Source of the DNA: Methanomassiliicoccus sp.
Lineage (GTDB): Archaea; Thermoplasmatota; Thermoplasmata; Methanomassiliicoccales; UBA472
Direction of reading: 5' to 3'
Length of the DNA: 64,000 bases
NCBI GenBank assembly: GCA_004525545.1
Contig: SPCU01000001.1
Span: 3,468 to 67,467, forward strand
Numbering within the stretch: the stretch's first letter is position 1; the number at the start of each line of letters is the position of its first letter. Shown here one piece after another: positions 37,889 through 47,328 of this stretch. The notes under the pieces were generated by a model. The model searched no databases and was not told the DNA's origin. It was given only the letters and a program-made list of their open reading frames with translations. A program made the translations under genes and the position numbers.

Positions 37889-39046
37889 ATGAAGGTACTG
37901 ATCCTCAGCGTCGACCGAGACGACGATTTTGGCAAGAAAGCTGGGCTGAACAGCCCCTTCATTGGTCGAGAGGAGAACCTCAATGCCGTTATGGCATTAG
38001 GTCTCAAGGACGCCGAGGATAGTGATGTCAACACGGTCCTGGCCGCTTTAGGCATGTACGATGAGATGCTGAAGAAGGGCGAGGATGTGGAGATCGCTAC
38101 TATTTGCGGCGACGTGAAGGTCGGTTACGAATCGGACCTGGTCCTCACCACGCAATTGGAGAACGTCTTAGAGGTCGTCAAACCGGACCGTGTCGTTCTG
38201 GTCAGCGATGGGGCGGAGGATGAATTCATCTACCCCATGGTGTTCTCGAGGGTCAAGGTCGATTCCGTTCGTCGTGTCTGGGTCAAACAGGCCCCGACCG
38301 TGGAAGGGACCTACTACATCATCATGAAGATGCTGCAGGACGATAAGATGAGGAAGCGGGTTTTCACCCCGCTGGGATTGGTCCTAACAGTTCTTGGTTT
38401 TTTCAACCTTGTGCCCCAGTTCATCGAACTAATGCAGCAGAACGCCAATATTCAGATAGTAGCGAGCATGGCATGGGGCATGATCAGCCTTGTGCTTGGA
38501 ATATACCTGATATTTTTTGCTTATAAGCTGGCGGAACGGATCGATAATTCTTTCAGGCACTTTGTTGAAGGGGTCAAGAACGGGAGTCAGATGATCCCAT
38601 TCGCCATTCTGGCAGCCATCCTGTTCCTGGCAGGCATATTTTTTGCCTGGGATTCGCTAACGAGGGATACCGAGTCGAGCGCTTTATCCCTCTTATTAAA
38701 AACATCAAGCATCCTTCTCTGGATGTGGGTGTTCGCCTTCTTCTCCTACCAGACCGGTAAGTTCATCAACCATTACCTCTCGTTCGGTAAGATATACAGC
38801 ACCAGTCTGATAGTCAGTATCAGCCTGTTCGCTATCGCGTTCATTCTTCAAGCATCATTTGACATGGCGACCCTTATCTTCGGATACCCTAACTACGGGG
38901 AATACGTCATATTTCTGGAAGTGATGGTCGGATTCCTATTGGGAGGTTTCAGCGGCCTCATTAACTTGAACCTCAAAGGATACGCGCGCAAGCTTTCATC
39001 AGAGGTTGAGGGGGAGATCGAGCCTCAACAATATCCTGAGGCATAA
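37889..39046 (+). CDS. DUF373 family archaeal membrane protein
   Basis: Soluble N-terminal domain MKVLILSVDRDDDFGKKAG...VVLVSDGAEDE followed by about 6 TM helices. This matches my recollection of DUF373. Confidence 0.7.
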   Translation: MKVLILSVDRDDDFGKKAGLNSPFIGREENLNAVMALGLKDAEDSDVNTVLAALGMYDEMLKKGEDVEIATICGDVKVGYESDLVLTTQLENVLEVVKPDRVVLVSDGAEDEFIYPMVFSRVKVDSVRRVWVKQAPTVEGTYYIIMKMLQDDKMRKRVFTPLGLVLTVLGFFNLVPQFIELMQQNANIQIVASMAWGMISLVLGIYLIFFAYKLAERIDNSFRHFVEGVKNGSQMIPFAILAAILFLAGIFFAWDSLTRDTESSALSLLLKTSSILLWMWVFAFFSYQTGKFINHYLSFGKIYSTSLIVSISLFAIAFILQASFDMATLIFGYPNYGEYVIFLEVMVGFLLGGFSGLINLNLKGYARKLSSEVEGEIEPQQYPEA

Positions 39047-39048
39047 GA

Positions 39049-39684
39049 ATGGAATGGGCTCGTTGGAAGCCGATCTACCTTGATATCCTGGCTGATTTCG
39101 GATATGATGCTAGAGCGGATGTAGAATCCGCAATGGTCCTTGCGAAACTTGTCGAGAACAGACGAATGATGAATTTTCGTACAATTGTCGATAATTTTGG
39201 AAGCCGGGTGTCGATATGTGGGGCGGCGGCATCGTTAGAACACGAACTGAGCAGAATGTCAAGTGATGACACGCTTATCTCGGCCGGCTCGGCCACAGGA
39301 AGGATGATGCGGCAAGGGATCATGCCAGATATCATTGTTTCCGATCTAGATGGCGACGTACAATATGAGATCGAAGCTAGTTCAAAGGGGACGCTCACCT
39401 TTGTCCACGCTCACGGGAACAATATCGAATCGATCGAGCGTTATGTACCGATGTTGAAAGGCCCTGTTATTCCAACGGTTCAATGCCAGCCTTTTGGCAT
39501 TGTATATAATTTTGGAGGATTCACCGATGGTGACCGGGCTTATATGATCGCCCGTCATTTCGGGGTCGAGAACATTCGAATGATAGGTTGGGATTTTGAC
39601 CGGGCTTTTCCCAAGGAAGATAGTGACCCCTTCATCAAGAAAAAAAAACTGATGTGGGCAAAGAAACTGATCAATGATTTTTAA
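39049..39684 (+). CDS. mptE: 6-hydroxymethyl-7,8-dihydropterin pyrophosphokinase, archaeal MptE (DUF115) type
   Basis: ICGAAASLEHEL...PDIIVSDLDGD...FVHAHGNNIE follows the DUF115/MptE pattern. Confidence 0.65.
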   Translation: MEWARWKPIYLDILADFGYDARADVESAMVLAKLVENRRMMNFRTIVDNFGSRVSICGAAASLEHELSRMSSDDTLISAGSATGRMMRQGIMPDIIVSDLDGDVQYEIEASSKGTLTFVHAHGNNIESIERYVPMLKGPVIPTVQCQPFGIVYNFGGFTDGDRAYMIARHFGVENIRMIGWDFDRAFPKEDSDPFIKKKKLMWAKKLINDF

Positions 39685-39974
39685 TGCATTTCTTCGAGCA
39701 TTGCAAATAATAAACAATAGACGAAATAATATCATTGTGAAAATTTTTTCATATTGCCAATGATTGATACTGATTTGCCATCATAATGACAATATTATTG
39801 GCTAAATGTTGGATAACAAACAGTCCAAATTGGTCAAAAATGTAGTAGCTATTTCACCATACTGGATACCCTTTTTGTAGGTCTAGAATCGACAAAGGTA
39901 TTTATAGCAACAAATTGCATACAAACGTCAATCTCCCAATCATTTATTATCACAGGGAGAAAGGAGGATTAAGA

Positions 39975-41873
39975 ATGGAAGGAAGTGAAATCAAACCTGA
40001 GGCAGCGGCCAAGGGTGGCATGAACATCAAGTTAATAGCCATTATTGTAGTGGCTGTACTAGTTATTGCCGCCGTGGGTGTCGTGCTGCTGATGGGTGGA
40101 GATGATGAGCCCGAACCAGAGGCTACGAACTGGTTGGATAAGGGCTTTAAACTTGAACTATTCTATAACTCAGGGAACGACGTCAGGGCTTTAGCCTGCC
40201 AATTAATGAAGCAGGGGCTTGAGGCCTTGAACCCCGGTAAGATCGATATAACAACTACCGGAGTCGAGTGGGCCCAGTACCTTGAGCTCAGGAAGAACGG
40301 AGCCATGCCCGCCATGTTCCTTGGATGGGCCCCTGACTACGCGGACCCCGATAACTATGTCCAGCCGTTCTATCATTCAGCTGGGACATATTCCAGCATG
40401 ATAGGATACTTCAACAGCACGCTGGATGACATGATCGTCGAGGCCCAAGGGATTCTGGATCTCGATGACAGGGCCGCAGCCTACGAAGCAATGGAGATGG
40501 ATATGTACGAGGAGTGTGTCTTCATATGGACCGCTCAGGCTACCCAGTTCCACGCTGAGAGGTCTTGGATCAGCGGTTACTACTTCAACCCCATGCAATC
40601 CGGTCTGGTATACTACTCATTCGACAAGCCAGATGTCGCTCCAGCTGGAGCCCCGAGTAGCTACGATGGGGACACATTCGTCATGGCCACAATAGATGGT
40701 AACCCAGAGAGCCTGGACACCGCAGTCGGCTACGAGACCGCCGGTGGAGAGATCATGCAGAACGTTTACGAGAACTTGATCTTCTACAACGGTACCTCCG
40801 CATCCGAGCTTATACCGGTTCTAGCATCCGAGGTTCCTACCGTTGATAACGGCGGCATCTCCGAGGATGGTCTTACCTACATCTTCCACCTGAAGGAGGA
40901 TGTAAAGTTCCATGACGGCACTGACATGACCTCCGAGGACGTGAAGTACAGCCTGGCCCGCGCGCTAATGCTGAACGACCCTCATTCACCGGTCTGGATG
41001 GTAGGGCAGGTCACCATACCCGACTACTATTCATACGACCAGGGTTCCTACAGCGGTAGTGAAAACGCAACCTTCACCCCCGGCATCCCCGATGATGTCA
41101 TCGACGCAGCCATATGGGCATCGGACGACTACACCATACAGATCAACCTGACCAGCGCCTACCCGGCCTTCCTATACGTGATGGCCTACAACATTGGCGG
41201 TGTAATGTCCAAGGACTATGTGGAGGCCAACGGAGGTATCAGCTACGATGGTTTCCTGTGGATGTATAACCACATGTGCGGAACCGGTCCCTACCAGTTC
41301 GTCGAGTGGGAGTCAAGCAATTATATCAGCATGGTCCGCTACGACGAATACAGGGACGGGCCCGCGGCCATTAAGAACGTCGTCATTCAACAGATTGCCG
41401 ACGCCGCCACCAGGATCCTGCTGCTGAAGGCTGGAGATGTGGACTGCGCAGCCGTGCCCAGGTTCCAGAAGGCCGATGTCGAGGGTGTTGTAGGAATCAA
41501 CGTCACCCAGGGCATAGGTACCTTCAACATCGACTTCCTGGGTCTGAACCAGGCTCTGAACCTGACCGCTCTGCCCAACCCGGAAAAGACCAACGTGCCG
41601 GCGGATTTCTTCGCCGACAAGAACGTTAGGCTGGCCTTCGCTCATGCCTTCGATTACGCAAAGTACATCGATTCGGGTCTGAAGGGCACCGCCATACAGC
41701 CGAACGGTCCTATCCCAATGGGTATGTTCGGTTACTCGGCAAATATCCCGCTATACGACTTCAACATGACCAAGGCAGCCGACTTCTTGAAGGCTTCCGA
41801 TGTTCCGGCTGTTGATGCGGGTGCTGGCGCCGATACCGTGTTGGATATGATCATAGCCAGGATCGAAATTTAA
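39975..41873 (+). CDS. ABC transporter substrate-binding protein, peptide/nickel family 5, apparently circularly permuted, with an N-terminal TM anchor
   Basis: AAGGAGGA lies 6 nt upstream of ATG 39975, and there is one TM helix. The segment normally C-terminal in DppA/OppA (GWAPDYADPDNYVQPF...) precedes the segment normally N-terminal (LDTAVGYETAGGEIMQNVYENLI...DGLTYIFHLKEDVKFHDGT). Confidence 0.85.
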   Translation: MEGSEIKPEAAAKGGMNIKLIAIIVVAVLVIAAVGVVLLMGGDDEPEPEATNWLDKGFKLELFYNSGNDVRALACQLMKQGLEALNPGKIDITTTGVEWAQYLELRKNGAMPAMFLGWAPDYADPDNYVQPFYHSAGTYSSMIGYFNSTLDDMIVEAQGILDLDDRAAAYEAMEMDMYEECVFIWTAQATQFHAERSWISGYYFNPMQSGLVYYSFDKPDVAPAGAPSSYDGDTFVMATIDGNPESLDTAVGYETAGGEIMQNVYENLIFYNGTSASELIPVLASEVPTVDNGGISEDGLTYIFHLKEDVKFHDGTDMTSEDVKYSLARALMLNDPHSPVWMVGQVTIPDYYSYDQGSYSGSENATFTPGIPDDVIDAAIWASDDYTIQINLTSAYPAFLYVMAYNIGGVMSKDYVEANGGISYDGFLWMYNHMCGTGPYQFVEWESSNYISMVRYDEYRDGPAAIKNVVIQQIADAATRILLLKAGDVDCAAVPRFQKADVEGVVGINVTQGIGTFNIDFLGLNQALNLTALPNPEKTNVPADFFADKNVRLAFAHAFDYAKYIDSGLKGTAIQPNGPIPMGMFGYSANIPLYDFNMTKAADFLKASDVPAVDAGAGADTVLDMIIARIEI

Positions 41874-41883
41874 ACCTCTTCCC

Positions 41884-41898
41884 GTTTTAATTTTTTTT
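41884..41898 (+). terminator. oligo-T tract between the SBP gene and the permease genes (possible partial terminator)
   Basis: CGTTTTAATTTTTTTT, with 8 consecutive T at 41891-41898, about 20 nt after the SBP stop. Confidence 0.4.
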
Positions 41899-41958
41899 AT
41901 AAACCTATTAACTACATGGGAAAAAACTGATCAATAGTGAAATCCAGGCAAGCGGAGT

Positions 41959-42984
41959 TTGAAGCTAATGAGGTTGCTCAATTACATTATTAGAAGATTG
42001 CTGTTGCTGATTCCAGTTCTTCTTGGGGTCTCGATAATCGTATTCACACTGACCCGAATAACAGGCAACCCTGCGGCCGCTTACATCAACGAAAAGATGA
42101 GCCAGAGTCAGATCGATCAGGTCTTCGAAAGATACCATTTCGATGAACCGATCTGGACCCAGTTCATTTATTGGTTACAGGGGGTTATTCAAGGGGATTG
42201 GGGCTGGTCCAGGACCGCTAGTCTGCCTGTCACCGATGCCATTTTAAAATATTTCCCAGCTACGTTCGAATTGACCATCCTTAGTATCATCATTGCCGTT
42301 GTGATAGGCATATTATTGGGAATGAGTTCGGCCGTTCGACGTAATAAACCGTTCGATCACGTGACCAGAGTGGTCTCTTTGATAGGTGTGTCCCTGCCTA
42401 TTTTCTGGTTGGCATTGATACTTCAATTTGTTTTCTATTACCAATTAAAATGGTTCCCTGCTGGCGGACGTTACGATATATCGTTCATCATAAGCGGGGT
42501 TCCACGTTTTACGGGTTTTCTGCTGATCGATTCCTTGATGGTCGGTAATTTCAATTTGTTCTTCAATGGAATATACCATCTGATATTGCCCGCGGTCACC
42601 TTATCGTTCGGCACCATTGCCATAGTCACAAGGATCATGCGCAACAGTATGCTAGAGGTGCTTAATCTTGATTATATCAGGACCGCTCGGGCCAAGGGTC
42701 TGAGCGATCGTTCGGTCATTTGGAAGCACGCGCGAAAGAATGCCATGATACCTACAACCACCGTTATAGGATTGGCTTTCGGAGGACTGCTCGGAGGTGC
42801 GGTCCTGACAGAATCCATATTCTATTGGCCAGGACTTGGGAGATGGTCGGCCAATTCGATCAGAGTACTGGATTCCACGTCCGTCATAGGTTTCTGTCTA
42901 TTGGTGGCCTTCATTTACGTCATAGTGAACCTTGCAGTTGATGTCATGTACGCCTATCTTGACCCAAGAGTTCGTCTGGGGTGA
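41959..42984 (+). CDS. ABC transporter permease (DppB/OppB type)
   Basis: YIIRRLLLLIPVLLGVSIIVFTL at the N-terminus and the EAA-like loop LDYIRTARAKGLSDRSVIWKHARKNA. The start may be ATG 41968. Confidence 0.9.
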   Translation: MKLMRLLNYIIRRLLLLIPVLLGVSIIVFTLTRITGNPAAAYINEKMSQSQIDQVFERYHFDEPIWTQFIYWLQGVIQGDWGWSRTASLPVTDAILKYFPATFELTILSIIIAVVIGILLGMSSAVRRNKPFDHVTRVVSLIGVSLPIFWLALILQFVFYYQLKWFPAGGRYDISFIISGVPRFTGFLLIDSLMVGNFNLFFNGIYHLILPAVTLSFGTIAIVTRIMRNSMLEVLNLDYIRTARAKGLSDRSVIWKHARKNAMIPTTTVIGLAFGGLLGGAVLTESIFYWPGLGRWSANSIRVLDSTSVIGFCLLVAFIYVIVNLAVDVMYAYLDPRVRLG

Positions 42985-42990
42985 GCTTAA

Positions 42991-44007
42991 TTGAAGATAA
43001 TTAAGAGTAAAGCGAAGAGTTCCGGTAAAGCAAAATCACAGAAGGTGAGCCCCACCAAACCTGGATCGGCATCAATGACAGCCCTCGGATTAGGTGGGCT
43101 GTCGCAGGAATTGAGACCCAGGATAAAGGAGCTAAGGAACTCTCTAAGCCTCATTCGAGAGAACATCACTGCAATGATGGGGCTCATCATGGTCCTGAGC
43201 ATAGTCATTATTGCATTATTGGCACCAGTCATCGCCCCTCCAGGCCTTGGAGACCCGATGGTGATCCCTAAAGATTTTGGCGACCCTCAACCACCTGGAG
43301 CCCCAGGTCACCTGCTCGGAACAGGAAAATGGGGTTCGGACATGCTCTATGGATTGGTGTGGGGTGCCAGAACTTCCATCACCATCGCAGTTTTCGTAGT
43401 GTTCACAGCTATGATAGTGGGCATTATGCTTGGAGCATTGTCCGGATACTACGGAGGTAAGGTAGACGATATCATAATGCGTCTGACGGACGTTTTCCTA
43501 TCATTACCGGCGCTGATATTGGCCATGGCCATAGCTTCTATCTTGGAGCGTACACTGATCAATCTTATGTTGGCGTTGATCATTGTTTGGTGGCCGCCAT
43601 ATGCTAGATTGATACGGGCACAGGTGCTGTCGGTCAAGGAGAACACCTATGTCGAAGCAGCGAGAGCGATAGGTGCTAGCCGAAATCGCATCCTGTTCAA
43701 GCATATCGTGCCAAACTCCCTCTCACCCATCATAGTGAGCGTGACCATGGACATGGGCGCGGTAGTACTGGTCGCCGCAGGCCTAAGCTACATAGGTTTC
43801 GGTGTGGAGACAGGATATGCCGAATGGGGACGTATGGTCTCCGATGGTCAACAGTTCTTCCTTAGCACCGTTTATTACCTAGGGGAACCGATCAATCCCT
43901 GGTGGGTGGTCGTCTTCCCTGGTACTATGATATTACTGTTCACTATGGGCTTCAGTCTATTGGGTGATTCGCTGAGGGATATTCTCGATCCGAGATTGAG
44001 GAGGTAA
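42991..44007 (+). CDS. ABC transporter permease (DppC/OppC type)
   Basis: GTGKWGSDMLYGLVWGARTS and YVEAARAIGASRNRILFKHIVPN are typical OppC motifs. It has a Lys/Ser-rich N-terminal extension. Confidence 0.9.
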   Translation: MKIIKSKAKSSGKAKSQKVSPTKPGSASMTALGLGGLSQELRPRIKELRNSLSLIRENITAMMGLIMVLSIVIIALLAPVIAPPGLGDPMVIPKDFGDPQPPGAPGHLLGTGKWGSDMLYGLVWGARTSITIAVFVVFTAMIVGIMLGALSGYYGGKVDDIIMRLTDVFLSLPALILAMAIASILERTLINLMLALIIVWWPPYARLIRAQVLSVKENTYVEAARAIGASRNRILFKHIVPNSLSPIIVSVTMDMGAVVLVAAGLSYIGFGVETGYAEWGRMVSDGQQFFLSTVYYLGEPINPWWVVVFPGTMILLFTMGFSLLGDSLRDILDPRLRR

Positions 44008-44011
44008 AATC

Positions 44012-45436
44012 ATGGACGAAGACACCATATTGCAAATAGAGGACCTTTACCTCAATTTCTACACCAAGGCTGGAGTGGTAAAAGCCATTGATGGCGTCAC
44101 ATTGTCGATCCGCAAAGGTGAGACGTTCGGTCTGGTGGGAGAGAGCGGTTGCGGCAAGAGCGTGACAGCCAACTCGGTGATGGGATTGATACCCACCCCG
44201 CCAGGCAAAATCGAGAAAGGGGCCATCAAGTTCGTCACGCCTATCGAACTGCTCAAAAAGATCGGTCAACGTAAGGAAAATATCTTGGACAGACTGCTCA
44301 AAAAGATCGGTCAACGTAAGGAAAAGAATCGAAGGGATTACATATCTCCGGACAACCAACGTATGGTTAACATTCTGAAGCTGGATAGGAAGGAGATACG
44401 TTTGATACGGGGTAAGGCCATATCCATGATCTTCCAGGAGCCGATGAGCGCCCTCAACCCTGTATTCACAGCCGGGGACCAGATATCCGAAATTATCTTA
44501 TTGCATGAGAAGAAAGAACTGGCCGAATCCGTGCTCAAGAGATTGGACGAGGAACGCAAGCGTGCCGATACCTATACAAAGGTGTCCATGAAGAACGGCG
44601 ATAAAGGAACTTTTCACTGTTCCAGCTGCAATGCGACCGTCCAAGAGGACCAGACCACGTGTCCCCAATGCGGCGGTAGTTTCGTTCGTAGTACATTTAG
44701 GAAAATGGGTGGACCGAAATACTCGTTCTATAAACGGATCTATACCAAGATGTCCACCAACCCGGATTCAAAACAATTCGTGTTCATGTCCATGATACCC
44801 ATAATGAGGAGGTATCAAAGGCCCATGAAGATGGAGGCCAATGCTAAGGCTCTACGCATGTTACGTCTGGTCAGGATACCCGACCCGAAGAACGTATTGA
44901 AATCCTACCCTCACGAACTGAGCGGGGGCATGCAACAGAGGGTCATGATCGCAATGGCTCTAGCCTGTAAACCGCAATTGCTGATAGCCGATGAGCCCAC
45001 CACCGCCTTGGATGTGACCATACAGGCCCAGATACTGAAATTGATGCAGGAGCTACAAGATGAGATGGGGACGTCCATTCTCATGATCACCCACAATCTG
45101 GGGATCATAGCCGAGACCTGTAGCAGAGTGGGCGTCATGTACGCGGGCAACATAGTGGAAATGGCGGATAAGGCCAGCATATTCAAGGAGCCGCTACATC
45201 CGTACACCCAAGGTCTGATGAACTCCATACCCAACGTGGCCGTTCAATTGGAGCGATTGGAGACCATCCAAGGGAACGTACCTAACCTCATCAAACCACC
45301 CAGCGGATGCCGTTTCCACACCCGGTGCCCATATGCCATGGAATATTGCAAATTAAATAAACCAGAGAACAAGGAAGTGAGGCCCGGCCATCTAGTGGCC
45401 TGTCACCTATACAACGGAGGTGGGTCAAGTGGATGA
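44012..45436 (+). CDS. ABC transporter ATP-binding protein (OppD/DppD type) with two insertions, one containing a zinc ribbon
   Basis: Walker A GESGCGKS, signature LSGGMQQR, Walker [13 protein letters not shown] and a C-terminal oligopeptide-ATPase domain (GCRFHTRCP). At 474 aa it is well above the roughly 330 aa usual for this family. Confidence 0.9.
   Translation: MDEDTILQIEDLYLNFYTKAGVVKAIDGVTLSIRKGETFGLVGESGCGKSVTANSVMGLIPTPPGKIEKGAIKFVTPIELLKKIGQRKENILDRLLKKIGQRKEKNRRDYISPDNQRMVNILKLDRKEIRLIRGKAISMIFQEPMSALNPVFTAGDQISEIILLHEKKELAESVLKRLDEERKRADTYTKVSMKNGDKGTFHCSSCNATVQEDQTTCPQCGGSFVRSTFRKMGGPKYSFYKRIYTKMSTNPDSKQFVFMSMIPIMRRYQRPMKMEANAKALRMLRLVRIPDPKNVLKSYPHELSGGMQQRVMIAMALACKPQLLIADEPTTALDVTIQAQILKLMQELQDEMGTSILMITHNLGIIAETCSRVGVMYAGNIVEMADKASIFKEPLHPYTQGLMNSIPNVAVQLERLETIQGNVPNLIKPPSGCRFHTRCPYAMEYCKLNKPENKEVRPGHLVACHLYNGGGSSG
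44248..44337 (+). repeat. in-frame 45-bp tandem duplication inside the OppD-like gene
   Basis: The 33-nt string ACTGCTCAAAAAGATCGGTCAACGTAAGGAAAA occurs at 44248-44280 and again at 44293-44325, an offset of 45 nt. It encodes the repeated peptide [10 protein letters not shown]. Confidence 0.9.
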
Positions 45437-46520
45437 TATCCTGATCGAGTGCCGGGGGATGAAGAAGCACTTCCCTATCCGCGGCGGGCTTCTCAACCGC
45501 AGTATAGCCAGCGTCAAAGCCGTTGATGATATCAACCTAGTCGTCAAAAAGGGCGAGACAGTCGGTCTAGTAGGAGAAAGCGGCTGTGGCAAGACCACCG
45601 CTGGCCGATGCATGCTCATGCTCACCAAACCGACCAGTGGACATGTCTATTACAAGATGCCCGAGAACATCAGAGAGGATTTGATAGACCGGGAGATGGA
45701 ACTGGGCGATAATATCGATGGTAACAGGAAAAAGGGCCGGAGGGGCAGGGTATTAGACCCACGCTACCAATCAATCCTGAACCAATATGCCCTGGACGTC
45801 AAACCAGATGACGAGCTGCGTCGCTTGAGGAAGGACATGCAGATCGTTTTTCAGGACCCATACTCGTCACTGAACCCCCGTATGCTCATTAAGGACATTT
45901 TGGCAGAACCGCTAGTTGTGCACAGTATAGGGCAAAAGAAGGAGATCGCTGAAAAAGTGGCCATGATGATGGAGAAGGTCGGTCTCGGACAGGATCACAT
46001 ATACCGTTACTCGCACGAATTTAGCGGAGGGCAGAGACAAAGGATCGGTGTCGCAAGGGCGCTCATGCTGAATCCCGACCTGGTGGTGTTGGACGAACCG
46101 ACCTCGGCCCTTGATGTTTCAGTGCAAGCACAGATACTGAACATGTTGAACGACCTGCAGATCGATTTCAATCTCACCTATATCTTCATCTCCCACGACC
46201 TAAGCACCATACAATACATGTGCGACCGGGTCTGTGTGATGTATCTGGGAAAGGTGGTCGAGTCGGCAGAGAAGACCGAGCTCTTCAAACACCCCACCCA
46301 CCCCTATACCGAAGCATTGCTGAGCTCGATACCCGTCCCGGATCCAGACGTGCACCTCAACCGTATCCTGCTCTCGGGAGACGTACCAAGCCCGGCCAAT
46401 CCGCCAAAAGGATGTCGGTTCCACACAAGATGTCGCTATCGAGAAGCAATCTGTGAAGATGTCGAACCAAAATTAGAGGATAAGGGCAATGCTCATTTCG
46501 TAGCCTGTCATTTCCGTTGA
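45420..46520 (+). CDS. ABC transporter ATP-binding protein (OppF/DppF type)
   Basis: Walker A GESGCGKT, FSGGQRQR, LVVLDEPTSALD and a C-terminal GCRFHTRC. There is a roughly 40-aa charged insertion before MQIVFQDP. Confidence 0.9.
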   Translation: MGQVDDILIECRGMKKHFPIRGGLLNRSIASVKAVDDINLVVKKGETVGLVGESGCGKTTAGRCMLMLTKPTSGHVYYKMPENIREDLIDREMELGDNIDGNRKKGRRGRVLDPRYQSILNQYALDVKPDDELRRLRKDMQIVFQDPYSSLNPRMLIKDILAEPLVVHSIGQKKEIAEKVAMMMEKVGLGQDHIYRYSHEFSGGQRQRIGVARALMLNPDLVVLDEPTSALDVSVQAQILNMLNDLQIDFNLTYIFISHDLSTIQYMCDRVCVMYLGKVVESAEKTELFKHPTHPYTEALLSSIPVPDPDVHLNRILLSGDVPSPANPPKGCRFHTRCRYREAICEDVEPKLEDKGNAHFVACHFR

Positions 46521-46843
46521 TGTACATGGCTAAAAAAAGGGTCATCATCGTCACCAAAGAGGAAGAAGAAGAGGCCGAGCCATTACATTCCAAACGGTCC
46601 ATGCAGGCCTCCATCCCCTGGCCCGAATGGACCAAACTTTACTTCCTTAGGTATTGGTACTTCGTTGTCTGCGCCTTGATCGATACGTTCGTTCCTTTGG
46701 AAGTTTACAGATTGATAGACGAGTCATACGATTATGTGGCAGCATTCCTGTTACTGGCCGTTTTTCTCCTGGTGCAGGTGTTCATCTATTTGCGTCTGTG
46801 GGGAAAGAACGGTCCTTGGAGTCCGGTCGAAATCGAGGAATGA
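46520..46843 (+). CDS. hypothetical 2-TM membrane protein translationally coupled to the ABC operon
   Basis: The ATG at 46520 overlaps the OppF TGA (TGATG). It has an acidic N-terminus (EEEEEAE) and two hydrophobic helices. Confidence 0.5.
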   Translation: MYMAKKRVIIVTKEEEEEAEPLHSKRSMQASIPWPEWTKLYFLRYWYFVVCALIDTFVPLEVYRLIDESYDYVAAFLLLAVFLLVQVFIYLRLWGKNGPWSPVEIEE

Positions 46844-46913
46844 TTTGCCATCTCTGTTCTCTAAAGTCAGTTAATTTATATTCTGACCACGATTTGCCAA
46901 AGGGAGAAAGTAA

Positions 46914-47297
46914 TTGACAGTAGTAAATATTGAGGATGTGGTCAATGCATTGTCCAATACGATGGGCAAGAAGGGCATGTCCCATGAGGACTTGGAGAAG
47001 CTCGCTGAGTACATCCTCTCGTTTTTCGGTTATACGGACGAGGTCATAGACAATCGTCTCACCTCGGAAGACCGTGACGTTTTCTATATGCTGGAGGAAG
47101 AAGGTTTCCTTACCACCACACAGGAGGAGGTGCACCTCAAGAAGGGGAAGCTGTGGCGTATTCATTACTGGATCCTGAAAAAGGACCAGATCAAACGCAT
47201 GGCGAACAAGGTGGAGGGAGCCCCCTTGGACCCTAACGATCCCAAAACCTTGTATGAAGGCATAGCAGAGGACGTGTGGAAGACCCGAGAGCGTTAG
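46914..47297 (+). CDS. conserved hypothetical protein
   Basis: 127 aa, TTG start, with protein-like composition (LEKLAEYILSFFGYTDEVIDNRLTSEDRDVFYMLEEEGFL...WRIHYWIL). The antisense 215-aa ORF looks spurious. Confidence 0.5.
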   Translation: MTVVNIEDVVNALSNTMGKKGMSHEDLEKLAEYILSFFGYTDEVIDNRLTSEDRDVFYMLEEEGFLTTTQEEVHLKKGKLWRIHYWILKKDQIKRMANKVEGAPLDPNDPKTLYEGIAEDVWKTRER

Positions 47298-47328
47298 GTA
47301 TTTTATACCCAGGCTCTGTTCCTGCCAA

